64,000 bases of DNA, from positions 1-64,000 of the IMG/VR virus record IMGVR_UViG_3300038530_002083; one strand, written 5' to 3'. Under the pieces are notes generated by a model. The model searched no databases. It saw only the letters and a list, made by a program, of their open reading frames with translations, and was not told the origin of the DNA. Positions 19,251 to 27,519 of the stretch are shown here, piece by piece. This DNA is from a virus (taxonomy: Duplodnaviria; Caudoviricetes). Position numbers and translations under genes: made by a program. How positions within the stretch are numbered: position 1 is the stretch's first letter; the number at the start of each line of letters is the position of its first letter.

Positions 19251-19727
19251 ATGAGTATTAAATATGTGAAAGGTGATGCTGTACAGGCTTTGGTAAATGG
19301 TGAAGTAGACTACTTACTCCATTGTTGTAATTGTCAAAATAACTTTGGAAGCGGTATCGCTAAAACAATTAAAGAGGTTTTTCCTGATGCTTATGAACTA
19401 GATTGCTCTTTTGCAAAAAAGAAACGTAACTTCTTAGGGAATGTAGGGGAATCTAGTAGTGGTGTATTAAATCTGTACGGACAAGAGTACTACGGTTATG
19501 TAGGGGAGTATTATAAGGACCATAAACGCCAAGGGAATTATGGGGCGATTGCTCGTTGTTTCACCCTTATAGCAGATGCCCTCTCTTATAAAGACTTAAC
19601 GATTGCACTGCCATATAAGTTTGCGTCTGATCGAGCGGGTTGTGACTGGCAAATTATAGAGGAACTAATTGACTGGATTCTTGCCCCTCATTTTGAAGTA
19701 TACATCTACCACCTAGAGGACTTATGA
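19251..19727 (+). CDS. macro domain (ADP-ribose binding/hydrolase) protein
   Basis: IKYVKGDA, HCCNC..NFGSGIA, NLYGQ, PYKFASDRAGCDW. Confidence 0.85.
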   Translation: MSIKYVKGDAVQALVNGEVDYLLHCCNCQNNFGSGIAKTIKEVFPDAYELDCSFAKKKRNFLGNVGESSSGVLNLYGQEYYGYVGEYYKDHKRQGNYGAIARCFTLIADALSYKDLTIALPYKFASDRAGCDWQIIEELIDWILAPHFEVYIYHLEDL

Positions 19728-19987
19728 TGAAAACACACATCCATGTGTCACAACCCCATATCAGACATAATATTAAAAATCCTGATAATATGAAAAAAGT
19801 ATTGACAGTTAAAACATATAAAGATAATATATACTGCGATGGTGTTATTATCAAAGACGACAATGGTAAAGAGATAGCTAGGTTAGTGTATAGCCCTGAT
19901 AAGCCTTTGTCATGTGGAGCAAGAGTTTACGTCCTTGCAGATAGTGAGAATGTAGAAACAATTGGAGGAGAGCCTTATGGAAACTAA
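19724..19987 (+). CDS. hypothetical phage protein
   Basis: IHVSQPHIRHN...YSPDKPLSCGARV. Confidence 0.65.
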   Translation: MMKTHIHVSQPHIRHNIKNPDNMKKVLTVKTYKDNIYCDGVIIKDDNGKEIARLVYSPDKPLSCGARVYVLADSENVETIGGEPYGN

Positions 19988-20792
19988 ATTTACACCAGAC
20001 GGGAAGAAAGTTGTAGTATGCGGCAAGATTAATAGTACAGAGTATATCGTACAGGAAATCTACGTAACAGAGAGTGGCGATGAAATTCCTTCAGGGGAGA
20101 ACTTTACTGCTAAGACACTTCTAGATGAACCTGCTATGACTTATAAGCAGAAGGAAGAGATTAAAGTACACAACAACCTAGAACGTCTCAAGAAAGAATA
20201 CGATGAACAACGTAAAAAGAATCGCTTTATCATGGAAGAGGCTAAAGCCGTATCAGCTTTGTTAAAACGGAATAATTTCTTAGCAGAGAAACTACCTGAT
20301 TTTGATTGGGGCAGTTTCTGTGATGCTATTACTGGTAATGTTAAATATTCAGTAAGAACTTCTTATGGTTTAGATATTAAATCTTTTGAAGAGGATACTT
20401 TTAGTTGGGAGAACTCTTATGGAGAGAGACATTTCGATGGGTTAAAGGCATTAAGTTTAATATCTGTGGGGAGTTACCGTAACACAAGACCTGAGTTTTG
20501 TTTAAGTAGTTATAGTGACGGTAGCGGCAGTAACAAAAAAGTTACCTACCTAAAAACAGATGAAGAATTAAAAACTTTTATTGAGGATTATCTTGACAAA
20601 CAGTTTAAAGAAGATACACTTACTCTACAGGACATAAAAACTGCATCTAAATATGTCGATGTAAAATATAACATGAAGCAGCATGTACTTAATAAAGAAA
20701 AGAAGAAATTGTTGGATACCCGTGATCGTATTCTTAAAGAACAAGAAGAACGTCTTGAACGTAGCCTGAAAAGTTTAGAGGAGGATTTATAA
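19977..20792 (+). CDS. hypothetical coiled-coil protein
   Basis: GGAGGAG RBS before ATG 19977. Confidence 0.65.
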   Translation: METKFTPDGKKVVVCGKINSTEYIVQEIYVTESGDEIPSGENFTAKTLLDEPAMTYKQKEEIKVHNNLERLKKEYDEQRKKNRFIMEEAKAVSALLKRNNFLAEKLPDFDWGSFCDAITGNVKYSVRTSYGLDIKSFEEDTFSWENSYGERHFDGLKALSLISVGSYRNTRPEFCLSSYSDGSGSNKKVTYLKTDEELKTFIEDYLDKQFKEDTLTLQDIKTASKYVDVKYNMKQHVLNKEKKKLLDTRDRILKEQEERLERSLKSLEEDL

Positions 20793-20835
20793 TGAAACCA
20801 AATGATTTTATTAAAATGTGTGAGGTAGGTTTGTC

Positions 20836-21390
20836 ATGAACTTACCATCACAACATGGAAGACCTTACACCAGAGAAGATGTCAATGTAATGCAATCTTT
20901 ATGGGGAACAGGTTGGAGTATTGCACGTATAGCAGCTAAACTTCACAGAAAGAATAGCGGTATACTTTGTAAATTACACAATTCTGGTAAAATAGATTTG
21001 CACAAGTCAGAATTATCTGTTAGGCTTGGCACTTACAACTGGAATGATGTAGAAGAGGAGATTGGCCAAATTACCATAAACAATTTACATTTTATTAAAT
21101 TAAATAATACAACTAAAGAGGAAATTAAAATGAGCAATAAACGTAAACTAGTATCTATTCGTGTATGGACAGACAGCAAGCTAATTAATAATAGTGACGC
21201 TCTAATTCTTACACTACATAAACTTATTGTAACAGATAAAGATAAACTACAAGACTTCCGTGATGATACTTTGATCAATGAAGGTGTAAAGCTTAAAGCT
21301 AAATTAGAAGACCTTAATAAAGAATATGGACTAGACGAAGAAGATGCTATCACTTTATCATCTCTTCGATGGGAAATGGTTAACGTATAG
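20836..21390 (+). CDS. hypothetical protein with N-terminal HTH-like segment
   Basis: YTREDVNVMQSLWGTGWSIARIAAKLHR. Confidence 0.55.
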   Translation: MNLPSQHGRPYTREDVNVMQSLWGTGWSIARIAAKLHRKNSGILCKLHNSGKIDLHKSELSVRLGTYNWNDVEEEIGQITINNLHFIKLNNTTKEEIKMSNKRKLVSIRVWTDSKLINNSDALILTLHKLIVTDKDKLQDFRDDTLINEGVKLKAKLEDLNKEYGLDEEDAITLSSLRWEMVNV

Positions 21391-21395
21391 ATATA

Positions 21396-21432
21396 AAAAT
21401 AGCCCCTACAGAGCAATCTGAGGGGCTTTCTT
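21396..21432. terminator. probable bidirectional terminator at the convergent junction
   Basis: AGCCCCT-a-CAGA-gcaa-TCTG-AGGGGCT flanked by A and T runs. Confidence 0.65.
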
Positions 21433-21514
21433 GTATAGGACATACAATGTATCAAATTTTAATAGAACTCTTCCCTGACAAGCTTACATAAAGCGGTATT
21501 ACAACTTACCGTCC

Positions 21515-21904
21515 TTAGTAAGACCAAACCCAAGGGTTAAGAAACTTATCCCCGTACCCTATTCCTATGTGTATAAACCTGTTTTCCCCTTTTTGAGATA
21601 CACCTAATCGAGTTATTCCTTTCTTAATACATACAGAAATCAAATTATAGCAATCTTCGCCCCTTACAGACACGTCACAGCATACACCATAAGTATGTTC
21701 CCCTCTGATGGGTTTTGAAGATTCTACTGGATGTGTGGGGTGTCGATATCCTGATGTTATTATCATAGGTTTACCATACTCTTTTCTTATCTCTGATAGA
21801 ATTTCCATAAAGTCTTTGTCCATATCACAAATCCCTGTATGTTTACATTGAAACTCTTTTTCAGAGAAATTGGGGTAATCTTCCCAATTAATTTTATCTG
21901 TCAT
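21515..21904 (-). CDS. endolysin, peptidase M15 family
   Basis: NFSEKEFQCK, ITSGYR, H..G.CCD, FIHI. Confidence 0.85.
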   Translation of the reverse strand: MTDKINWEDYPNFSEKEFQCKHTGICDMDKDFMEILSEIRKEYGKPMIITSGYRHPTHPVESSKPIRGEHTYGVCCDVSVRGEDCYNLISVCIKKGITRLGVSQKGENRFIHIGIGYGDKFLNPWVWSY

Positions 21905-22046
21905 CTTTTATCTCTCTTATTTTCTTCCCTAGCAGGGTCATTTCGTCAAAAGTAAAACGATCTCCCCTAGTAAGGTTACACTCATAGCAACAAAGTGCTA
22001 CATTACCCTCTGTACGATCATCATAGTAACGTCTTAGTAATAGCAT
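21894..22046 (-). pseudogene. chimeric relic ORF (50 aa): DUF5675-like N-terminus fused to HNH C-terminus
   Basis: MLLLRRYYDDRTEG|NVALCCYECNLTRGD. Confidence 0.45.
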
Positions 22047-22096
22047 AATTATTTAACCACTAATGTATGTATATTAACTTTTCCTTTCTTACGTCT

Positions 22097-22282
22097 CTAG
22101 TAGTAAACTGTTTTTATACCCTTCTCTATCAGCAATAACTTCATTGCTTTACGTAAATCTCTTGTGTACTTCCCTCGCAGTCCTTTAATATAAGCAACCG
22201 AAGGGAAAGGGTACATAACTACAAGGGTAAAATCATCAGTTCTCCATATCTCCGTTGTGACTTCAACTTCTATATCAACCAT
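22097..22282 (-). CDS. small hypothetical protein, possibly truncated by a premature TAG
   Basis: Frame stays open 15 codons past the TAG, to TAA at 22049. Confidence 0.5.
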   Translation of the reverse strand: MVDIEVEVTTEIWRTDDFTLVVMYPFPSVAYIKGLRGKYTRDLRKAMKLLLIEKGIKTVYY

Positions 22283-22547
22283 CTTTTCTCGCCTCATATG
22301 TGTGATTAATGTACTTTAGTGCCCCAAATATAGCAGCGACAAGAGACCCTATTGCAGCCCAAAATGGGGTTTGCGCGAAGTTTTCTGGGGTGGTAATATC
22401 TTTGTACCACACTAATAGATCGTAGCATAGCCATGAAAAAAATATGACTACCCCAATCTCTACTAAACAGAAAAGGTTAAGAGTTATTGCTATGTCCCTT
22501 AAGTTTTTATGAGATGGAATATACTTCTTTAATTTTATAAAAAACAT
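22275..22547 (-). CDS. small membrane protein with 2 TM helices, holin/antiholin candidate
   Basis: Two hydrophobic helices, charged C-terminus, in lysis cassette. Confidence 0.55.
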   Translation of the reverse strand: MFFIKLKKYIPSHKNLRDIAITLNLFCLVEIGVVIFFSWLCYDLLVWYKDITTPENFAQTPFWAAIGSLVAAIFGALKYINHTYEARKDG

Positions 22548-23241
22548 CTTCGTCTAGTACCTTTTTATATTTATTTAGTTCTTCTTCCATTACAGATTTT
22601 TGAAAATTTTTATATAGACGTATGGCATATTGCTTACTGGCAGCTTTTCCTAAATAAACACTTTTATTGTTTCTGCTAGACTGCACATAGTAACTCCCTT
22701 TCTTGTATTGGTAACAGCCGCTGCCATCGTTAGAATTATTTTTTATAAACAACGCATTAAGTTTCTTAGGTACTAATCGACAAAACCTAGGGGAATACTC
22801 TTTTTCTGCGCAGTTGTGGGACATAATATCTTTGTCTATATCAAAACCTTGCATATATGCACATTTTTGGGAAGAATACCATTTTGCGAATTCTAGGTAA
22901 GAACACCAATCCTTACATACTTCTACTTTTTCGTAAGACTTGTGCCTAGGGCTATTTTCAGAGGAATAACATCTCCTTAAGATCCCTTTCCAGATGCTGT
23001 AAACTTTTTTATCAACAGGAAGTTCAGTTCCTAAATAACCTCTCCCATAGAAGTAAGGATAAAAAGGGTCTTTCACCTTTCCTGCTCTAATACAACACAA
23101 AGTGGTAGTCTTTCTGAATCCTGTATCTAGGAACTCTACAGTTACTTTTTTAGTATTTATGATACTAACAATCTTAAACACCCCATAGCTGTTAGACTCA
23201 TAAATTTTTCCTATTAACACCTTGTCGCTCAATTTTTTCAA
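22507..23241 (-). CDS. HNH-type homing endonuclease (paralogue of 8779..9630)
   Basis: YGRGYLG, WKGILRRCY, VCKDW, IDKD, YSPRFC..P..LN. Confidence 0.8.
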   Translation of the reverse strand: MKKLSDKVLIGKIYESNSYGVFKIVSIINTKKVTVEFLDTGFRKTTTLCCIRAGKVKDPFYPYFYGRGYLGTELPVDKKVYSIWKGILRRCYSSENSPRHKSYEKVEVCKDWCSYLEFAKWYSSQKCAYMQGFDIDKDIMSHNCAEKEYSPRFCRLVPKKLNALFIKNNSNDGSGCYQYKKGSYYVQSSRNNKSVYLGKAASKQYAIRLYKNFQKSVMEEELNKYKKVLDEDVFYKIKEVYSIS

Positions 23242-23279
23242 AATTTCCCCCTATCCCAACATATACTAAAGTAATAATA

Positions 23280-23308
23280 ATAATAATCTGTATTAAAAGG
23301 GATGTCAA
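23280..23308 (-). promoter_or_regulatory. sigma70-type promoter upstream of the HNH gene
   Basis: TTGACA-N17-TATTAT on minus strand. Confidence 0.7.
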
Positions 23309-23317
23309 TACCATGTT

Positions 23318-23617
23318 TTAATCTTTTCCCACATAATCCCTCTCTTTAAGTTCTTCTATTAAGTCTTCTTCTTTTTCATAACACTTCTTAACCTGCCCTA
23401 GGTTATAAGCCAACACTTCATAGAACGCTTTGAGAGACGTTTCCTGAGTATTTTCTTTAAGAGGGTAAGCTACCCTACAGGGTATCAATAGAGATTGGCT
23501 TATAGGGGCTTGTAGGAGCTTTTCTTCTACTTTAGTTTGTTCCGTTAATGGAACGGATGGAGTCGTTGAACAAGCTGTTAAGGTCAGCAGGAACAACATC
23601 ACAAGTATCTTGTACAT
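23318..23617 (-). CDS. o-spanin (Rz1-like lipoprotein)
   Basis: Signal with lipobox LTAC, overlaps 3' end of i-spanin; start probably MYKIL. Confidence 0.8.
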   Translation of the reverse strand: MYKILVMLFLLTLTACSTTPSVPLTEQTKVEEKLLQAPISQSLLIPCRVAYPLKENTQETSLKAFYEVLAYNLGQVKKCYEKEEDLIEELKERDYVGKD

Positions 23618-23948
23618 AAACTTTCTTCTCAATATATTCTGTTATAGTTTCTACATCAGAGTCTACTGCCTGTTCTGCTCTAATACGTTTGATAGTGTCT
23701 TCTTTATCTATCTCTGCTTGTCTACGGGCTTCTTTTAGTTTGTATATAACATATTCTTGATGTTGTGCTTGAACTTCGTCTAATTTAGCTTGGTACTCTT
23801 GAACAGCAGCATTATAGCCCCGATCATATATACCAGTCTTAATCTCAGACCAACCTACCCAAACACTAATACCTAAGAAAGCTGCTACACTAATTCCTAT
23901 AAGAAGTTTTCTATTTTTCAAAAATCCCAGTATAAAGGTCACGATCAC
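23532..23948 (-). CDS. i-spanin (Rz-like)
   Basis: N-terminal TM helix, periplasmic coiled coil, C-terminal Cys. Confidence 0.8.
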   Translation of the reverse strand: MIVTFILGFLKNRKLLIGISVAAFLGISVWVGWSEIKTGIYDRGYNAAVQEYQAKLDEVQAQHQEYVIYKLKEARRQAEIDKEDTIKRIRAEQAVDSDVETITEYIEKKVYVQDTCDVVPADLNSLFNDSIRSINGTN

Positions 23949-24360
23949 TTTCCTCTCTTTTCTGTATACGGTTGCATAATTTTATAATCTCGTTAGAATA
24001 CCCATTGCGTTTAACCGCTGATATGATATCCTCTTTAGAGAAAGGTTTATTAATGTACTCTAAGAAACCAGAGGTAAACGCGCTAACCCTGTCTTGTAGT
24101 TCTTTAGAACTAGACATTGCTAAGATAGGAATATGTTGTAGCTCATCTTTACTACGTATTTTTCTGGCTACATCAAAACCTGACTCATTTTTTAGATAAA
24201 GGTCTAAAACTATTACGTCAGGCTGAAATATAATAAGGTCACTAATTATACTGTCAGGAACAGGAGAGAGACAATATCGTGCCTCTATCCCTGAATCTGT
24301 TAACATAAAACCTAGCATAGCAAGTAATATAGGGTCATCATCGATGACAAAGGCTTTCAT
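23911..24360 (-). CDS. single-domain response regulator (CheY-like receiver)
   Basis: VIDDD, PDVIVLD (phosphoacceptor), GFD, IPILAMSS, YINKPF. Confidence 0.92.
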   Translation of the reverse strand: MKAFVIDDDPILLAMLGFMLTDSGIEARYCLSPVPDSIISDLIIFQPDVIVLDLYLKNESGFDVARKIRSKDELQHIPILAMSSSKELQDRVSAFTSGFLEYINKPFSKEDIISAVKRNGYSNEIIKLCNRIQKREESDRDLYTGIFEK

Positions 24361-24362
24361 AT

Positions 24363-24740
24363 TTATTCCTTTTTAGATGTGAGTTCTTTTTCTATATCCC
24401 TTACTGCGTTAAGTACTCGCAACTGCATAGTTAATTCTGTCATAGCAGACTTGATTTCTTTAACATCTGAATTAGTGTCTGCCCACGATTGTTTTAAATC
24501 CGTTAGATACTCTTGTAAGAGTTTCCTTGTTTGTTCTTCTGTGATAAATTTATTGTCATGTTCTACTTGTTGTTTAGCTACAGCTTCTATTAAAGTTCTA
24601 AGTTCAGAGATCGTCTTATCTTGTTCATCTGACTTCTTATCACCTCTTTTCTTATCGTACCAAAACCAAGCATTACCTATTCCACTACCAGAAGCTATAG
24701 CTGTAGCAATTAAAGATAAATGTTCTGGGCTTAATGCCAT
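24363..24740 (-). CDS. holin-like protein (1 TM plus coiled coil)
   Basis: GAGGAGG RBS before ATG 24740; hydrophobic N-terminus then KKR and heptads; heads the lysis cassette. Confidence 0.5.
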   Translation of the reverse strand: MALSPEHLSLIATAIASGSGIGNAWFWYDKKRGDKKSDEQDKTISELRTLIEAVAKQQVEHDNKFITEEQTRKLLQEYLTDLKQSWADTNSDVKEIKSAMTELTMQLRVLNAVRDIEKELTSKKE

Positions 24741-24741
24741 A

Positions 24742-25164
24742 TTATGAAACCTCCTCACTCATCATTAACAGGTGGGTGGCTGTCACTCTGTCAAGATATT
24801 TCTTATTATATGTACCAGCAGCATAAGCAGCTAACTCGAAACAGAACCATTTGTCTGTGTCGTCCCAGTCCCCTCTAAATACAAACCTAAATATAGCCCC
24901 CCAGTCATAAGACTTACCAAGCTGTTCTTTTAGTCTTCGTTGGAAATCACCTTTATGGGGTATTTCTATTACTTTGTATTTAGGGTAACGTTGTTTAAAG
25001 TCTTCAATAGAATTAGAGACTACTCCATGAGATGCAGTGGCTTCTATAACCTCATTATTAACAATAACCCCGCAATGAGACCAGTTACTCCAATTGTGGA
25101 GTCTAATAGCTAGACTCCCTATCTTGTTATTTTTACCTAGAATAATCTGCATTAGTCTACCCAA
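24742..25164 (-). CDS. permuted papain-like amidase (YiiX/YebB-type NlpC/P60)
   Basis: SHCGV, EATASHGV, GKSYD, WFCFEL. Confidence 0.85.
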   Translation of the reverse strand: MGRLMQIILGKNNKIGSLAIRLHNWSNWSHCGVIVNNEVIEATASHGVVSNSIEDFKQRYPKYKVIEIPHKGDFQRRLKEQLGKSYDWGAIFRFVFRGDWDDTDKWFCFELAAYAAGTYNKKYLDRVTATHLLMMSEEVS

Positions 25165-25805
25165 CTAAGGTTAGCTACATAATCGTCAATCTCTGCCTTT
25201 GTAGCGAGACTTTCAATATTGTCCTTATGAACCCTAGCCTTGAACACTGAAGTCTCCTTGTGGAGAGCTACAGCTTGTCCTAGAGCTTGCATATCTACAC
25301 TAGACATAGGGACTTGTTGGTTATCCGCAGTAAGCCATGTAGTGTCAATCCCTGACATAATAGCTCCCATAATATCCATGATAGATGTAGCATCTGTTTG
25401 GAAAGTGTAACCGTTGTGAAGTACACCTCCTGAGATTAGAGAGTCCCTTTGGGAATTTACTACTTGCTTGGCGTTTTCTTTAAGTAAATCTAAATCTACA
25501 GGGAGAACATTAATTTCAATAGATTCATCATCATGAAGTTGCCATAATTTACTCCATACGTCTATTTCAACGTCAACCATTTTAGGTTGTTCCTCTACGA
25601 TATCATTCCCTTCATCGTCCTGCCCTACAACAGCTTCTACTGTACCTTGTTGTTCTTGTGTGTAGCGTTTAAAACCTTCTCGTATAATACCAGAGTGTGT
25701 TGGCAATCCTTCACCTTCATCCCATACCCATGTAACAGAACCATCTTCGTTTTCTTTGAATGTATCGACTTTTAAGAAGTCATCTTCATTTATGAATTTA
25801 AGCAT
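25152..25805 (-). CDS. tail fibre assembly/chaperone protein (DUF4376-like)
   Basis: GYTFQTD, WLTADN..VPM; follows the tail fibre. Confidence 0.7.
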   Translation of the reverse strand: MLKFINEDDFLKVDTFKENEDGSVTWVWDEGEGLPTHSGIIREGFKRYTQEQQGTVEAVVGQDDEGNDIVEEQPKMVDVEIDVWSKLWQLHDDESIEINVLPVDLDLLKENAKQVVNSQRDSLISGGVLHNGYTFQTDATSIMDIMGAIMSGIDTTWLTADNQQVPMSSVDMQALGQAVALHKETSVFKARVHKDNIESLATKAEIDDYVANLSWVD

Positions 25806-25814
25806 TATGATTCC

Positions 25815-27170
25815 TTAAAAGTTGATTGTTATTTTATCTGAACTTGTTGGCATTCTGAGATTTAATTGGTCACCAACAGTAAGTCCCACGGAGCATGTGA
25901 CATCTACTACCGCCACCTTTCTCCCGCTAATTCCGCTCAAGCCAACATTAGTTACATTTGATTCTAACGCGACCGCAGCTTTAAAAACTGACACGGAACC
26001 TATAAGGGATAAAGATGAAGGTTGAATGACGCCGTTAATAGGCAAATAAAAACGCGCCAGAGTGGACGTCACTGATTCCCCTAGCGCAATAACATCACCC
26101 GCATTTGCCCCTCCAAACTCGTTAAAATTGGTGTTACCGCTGTGATATAGCTTAGAAAAGTCTTTATACACGCTCCCACTAGAAGTTCTAAACCAAATAT
26201 CGTTATATATCCTATCCGTCACAATCTGGCTATTAGCAGCATTATTCTGACTTAAATTAATTACGTGCCCTACCGCAGAATCAGGGCGATTTTGTGTACT
26301 ACTATCTACTACAGAAGTAAGTAAACTTGCGCCTATAGTGTTTAAGTCACTAATTGAAGGTAAGTTTGCATGAGTTTTGATACCATAATTTAAGGGATTA
26401 ACGGAATTACCGCTGTGGTAGATTTCTTGCCAATCACCATAAACATTATCAAAACTTGTTCTAAAACCTAAATCTCCAAATCTTGAAGGCATAATCTGTA
26501 GAGTACGTCCACCTTTATCTACGTGAATTCCACCCATAACCCTAGAATCCATCCAAGGAGGTGCGTTTAGTATAGTATTATTGCCTCCAATAAAAGATGT
26601 TTCACTTATATCATTAAAGTCGGCAAAGTTTTCTATTACTGCACCCCCTAAACCAAAAGCTCCTACCTCCATTAAGTTACCGCTAGAAGTCCCTACATTC
26701 TTAGTAGCAGCACTTCCTAAACCTAAAGAGGTTCTTGCAGAACTAGCATCAGAAGCTCCAACTAATGCTTCCCCTAATGCACTAATACTAACAACTTCAT
26801 ACTCATTATCGTTAATACGCTTGATAAGACCCTGAGTAGCTAAGTCTTCGATAGCGGATACATTACTAACAATCTCTCTCACATTAGAGATAGCTTCTGC
26901 TAAACCTTCATTTGTATTGAAAGATACGAGTTGTTGGTTTACAATATCGCCTTGTGACCAACTATTACGAAGAGTGATAGTGGAATTACCACTACCATCA
27001 GGAGATGTTCCTGATACAGCTTCAGCGGGGTTATCTGCCCCTCCTAGAAAAATAGCTGTCCCAGAGTACACCCTAGAACAGTCAACGTTACCTGAAATTG
27101 TGATGGTTTTAGTACCATCGGTTATTGAAGCATTTTGTGCTACAAGAAATTGAATTGGATTAACTGCCAT
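25815..27170 (-). CDS. tail fibre / receptor-binding protein
   Basis: ARTSLGLGSAATKNVGT..GN..EVGAFGLG neck, knob-like modules ending YHSGN. Confidence 0.85.
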   Translation of the reverse strand: MAVNPIQFLVAQNASITDGTKTITISGNVDCSRVYSGTAIFLGGADNPAEAVSGTSPDGSGNSTITLRNSWSQGDIVNQQLVSFNTNEGLAEAISNVREIVSNVSAIEDLATQGLIKRINDNEYEVVSISALGEALVGASDASSARTSLGLGSAATKNVGTSSGNLMEVGAFGLGGAVIENFADFNDISETSFIGGNNTILNAPPWMDSRVMGGIHVDKGGRTLQIMPSRFGDLGFRTSFDNVYGDWQEIYHSGNSVNPLNYGIKTHANLPSISDLNTIGASLLTSVVDSSTQNRPDSAVGHVINLSQNNAANSQIVTDRIYNDIWFRTSSGSVYKDFSKLYHSGNTNFNEFGGANAGDVIALGESVTSTLARFYLPINGVIQPSSLSLIGSVSVFKAAVALESNVTNVGLSGISGRKVAVVDVTCSVGLTVGDQLNLRMPTSSDKITINF

Positions 27171-27190
27171 TGATTTATTTTCCTAATTAA

Positions 27191-27511
27191 TTATTTGTGG
27201 TAGTTTCCATAGAGACAATGCATAAGTTCATGCCCTAATGTAAGAGCAAACTCATCATCTTCTCTAAGAGTTCGTGGTTCGTATACCTTTATATCGCATA
27301 CATTCCCTAGCAAATGCGCTTGACCTTTTAACCCTAAAGCAGGTTTTTTAACATTGTCATTAAGTTTACTCAAGGAATCATATGTAGTAACAGTAAGGAT
27401 AAGTTCTTCCCTTGTTTTGTCGAAGTCTTTTTTCACAAGAGGTCTTTCGTTACCACAGCTTGATAAAAGGAGGACTATTGTTAGCAATCCCCCAATAAGA
27501 GATAGTTTCAT
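27191..27511 (-). CDS. lipoprotein with HExxH zinc motif
   Basis: Lipobox LSSC, TLGHELMHC. Confidence 0.7.
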   Translation of the reverse strand: MKLSLIGGLLTIVLLLSSCGNERPLVKKDFDKTREELILTVTTYDSLSKLNDNVKKPALGLKGQAHLLGNVCDIKVYEPRTLREDDEFALTLGHELMHCLYGNYHK

Positions 27512-27519
27512 ATCAATAC

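Noticed and set aside
22097-22099. Genome-wide TAG recoding
   Set aside because: Long genes are intact under code 11, several end in TAG with tight packing, and the only tRNA is CAT
23272-23287. (TAA)5 microsatellite as a phase-variation switch
   Set aside because: Short, expected in AT-rich DNA, and the repeat regenerates the same -10 hexamer whatever the copy number
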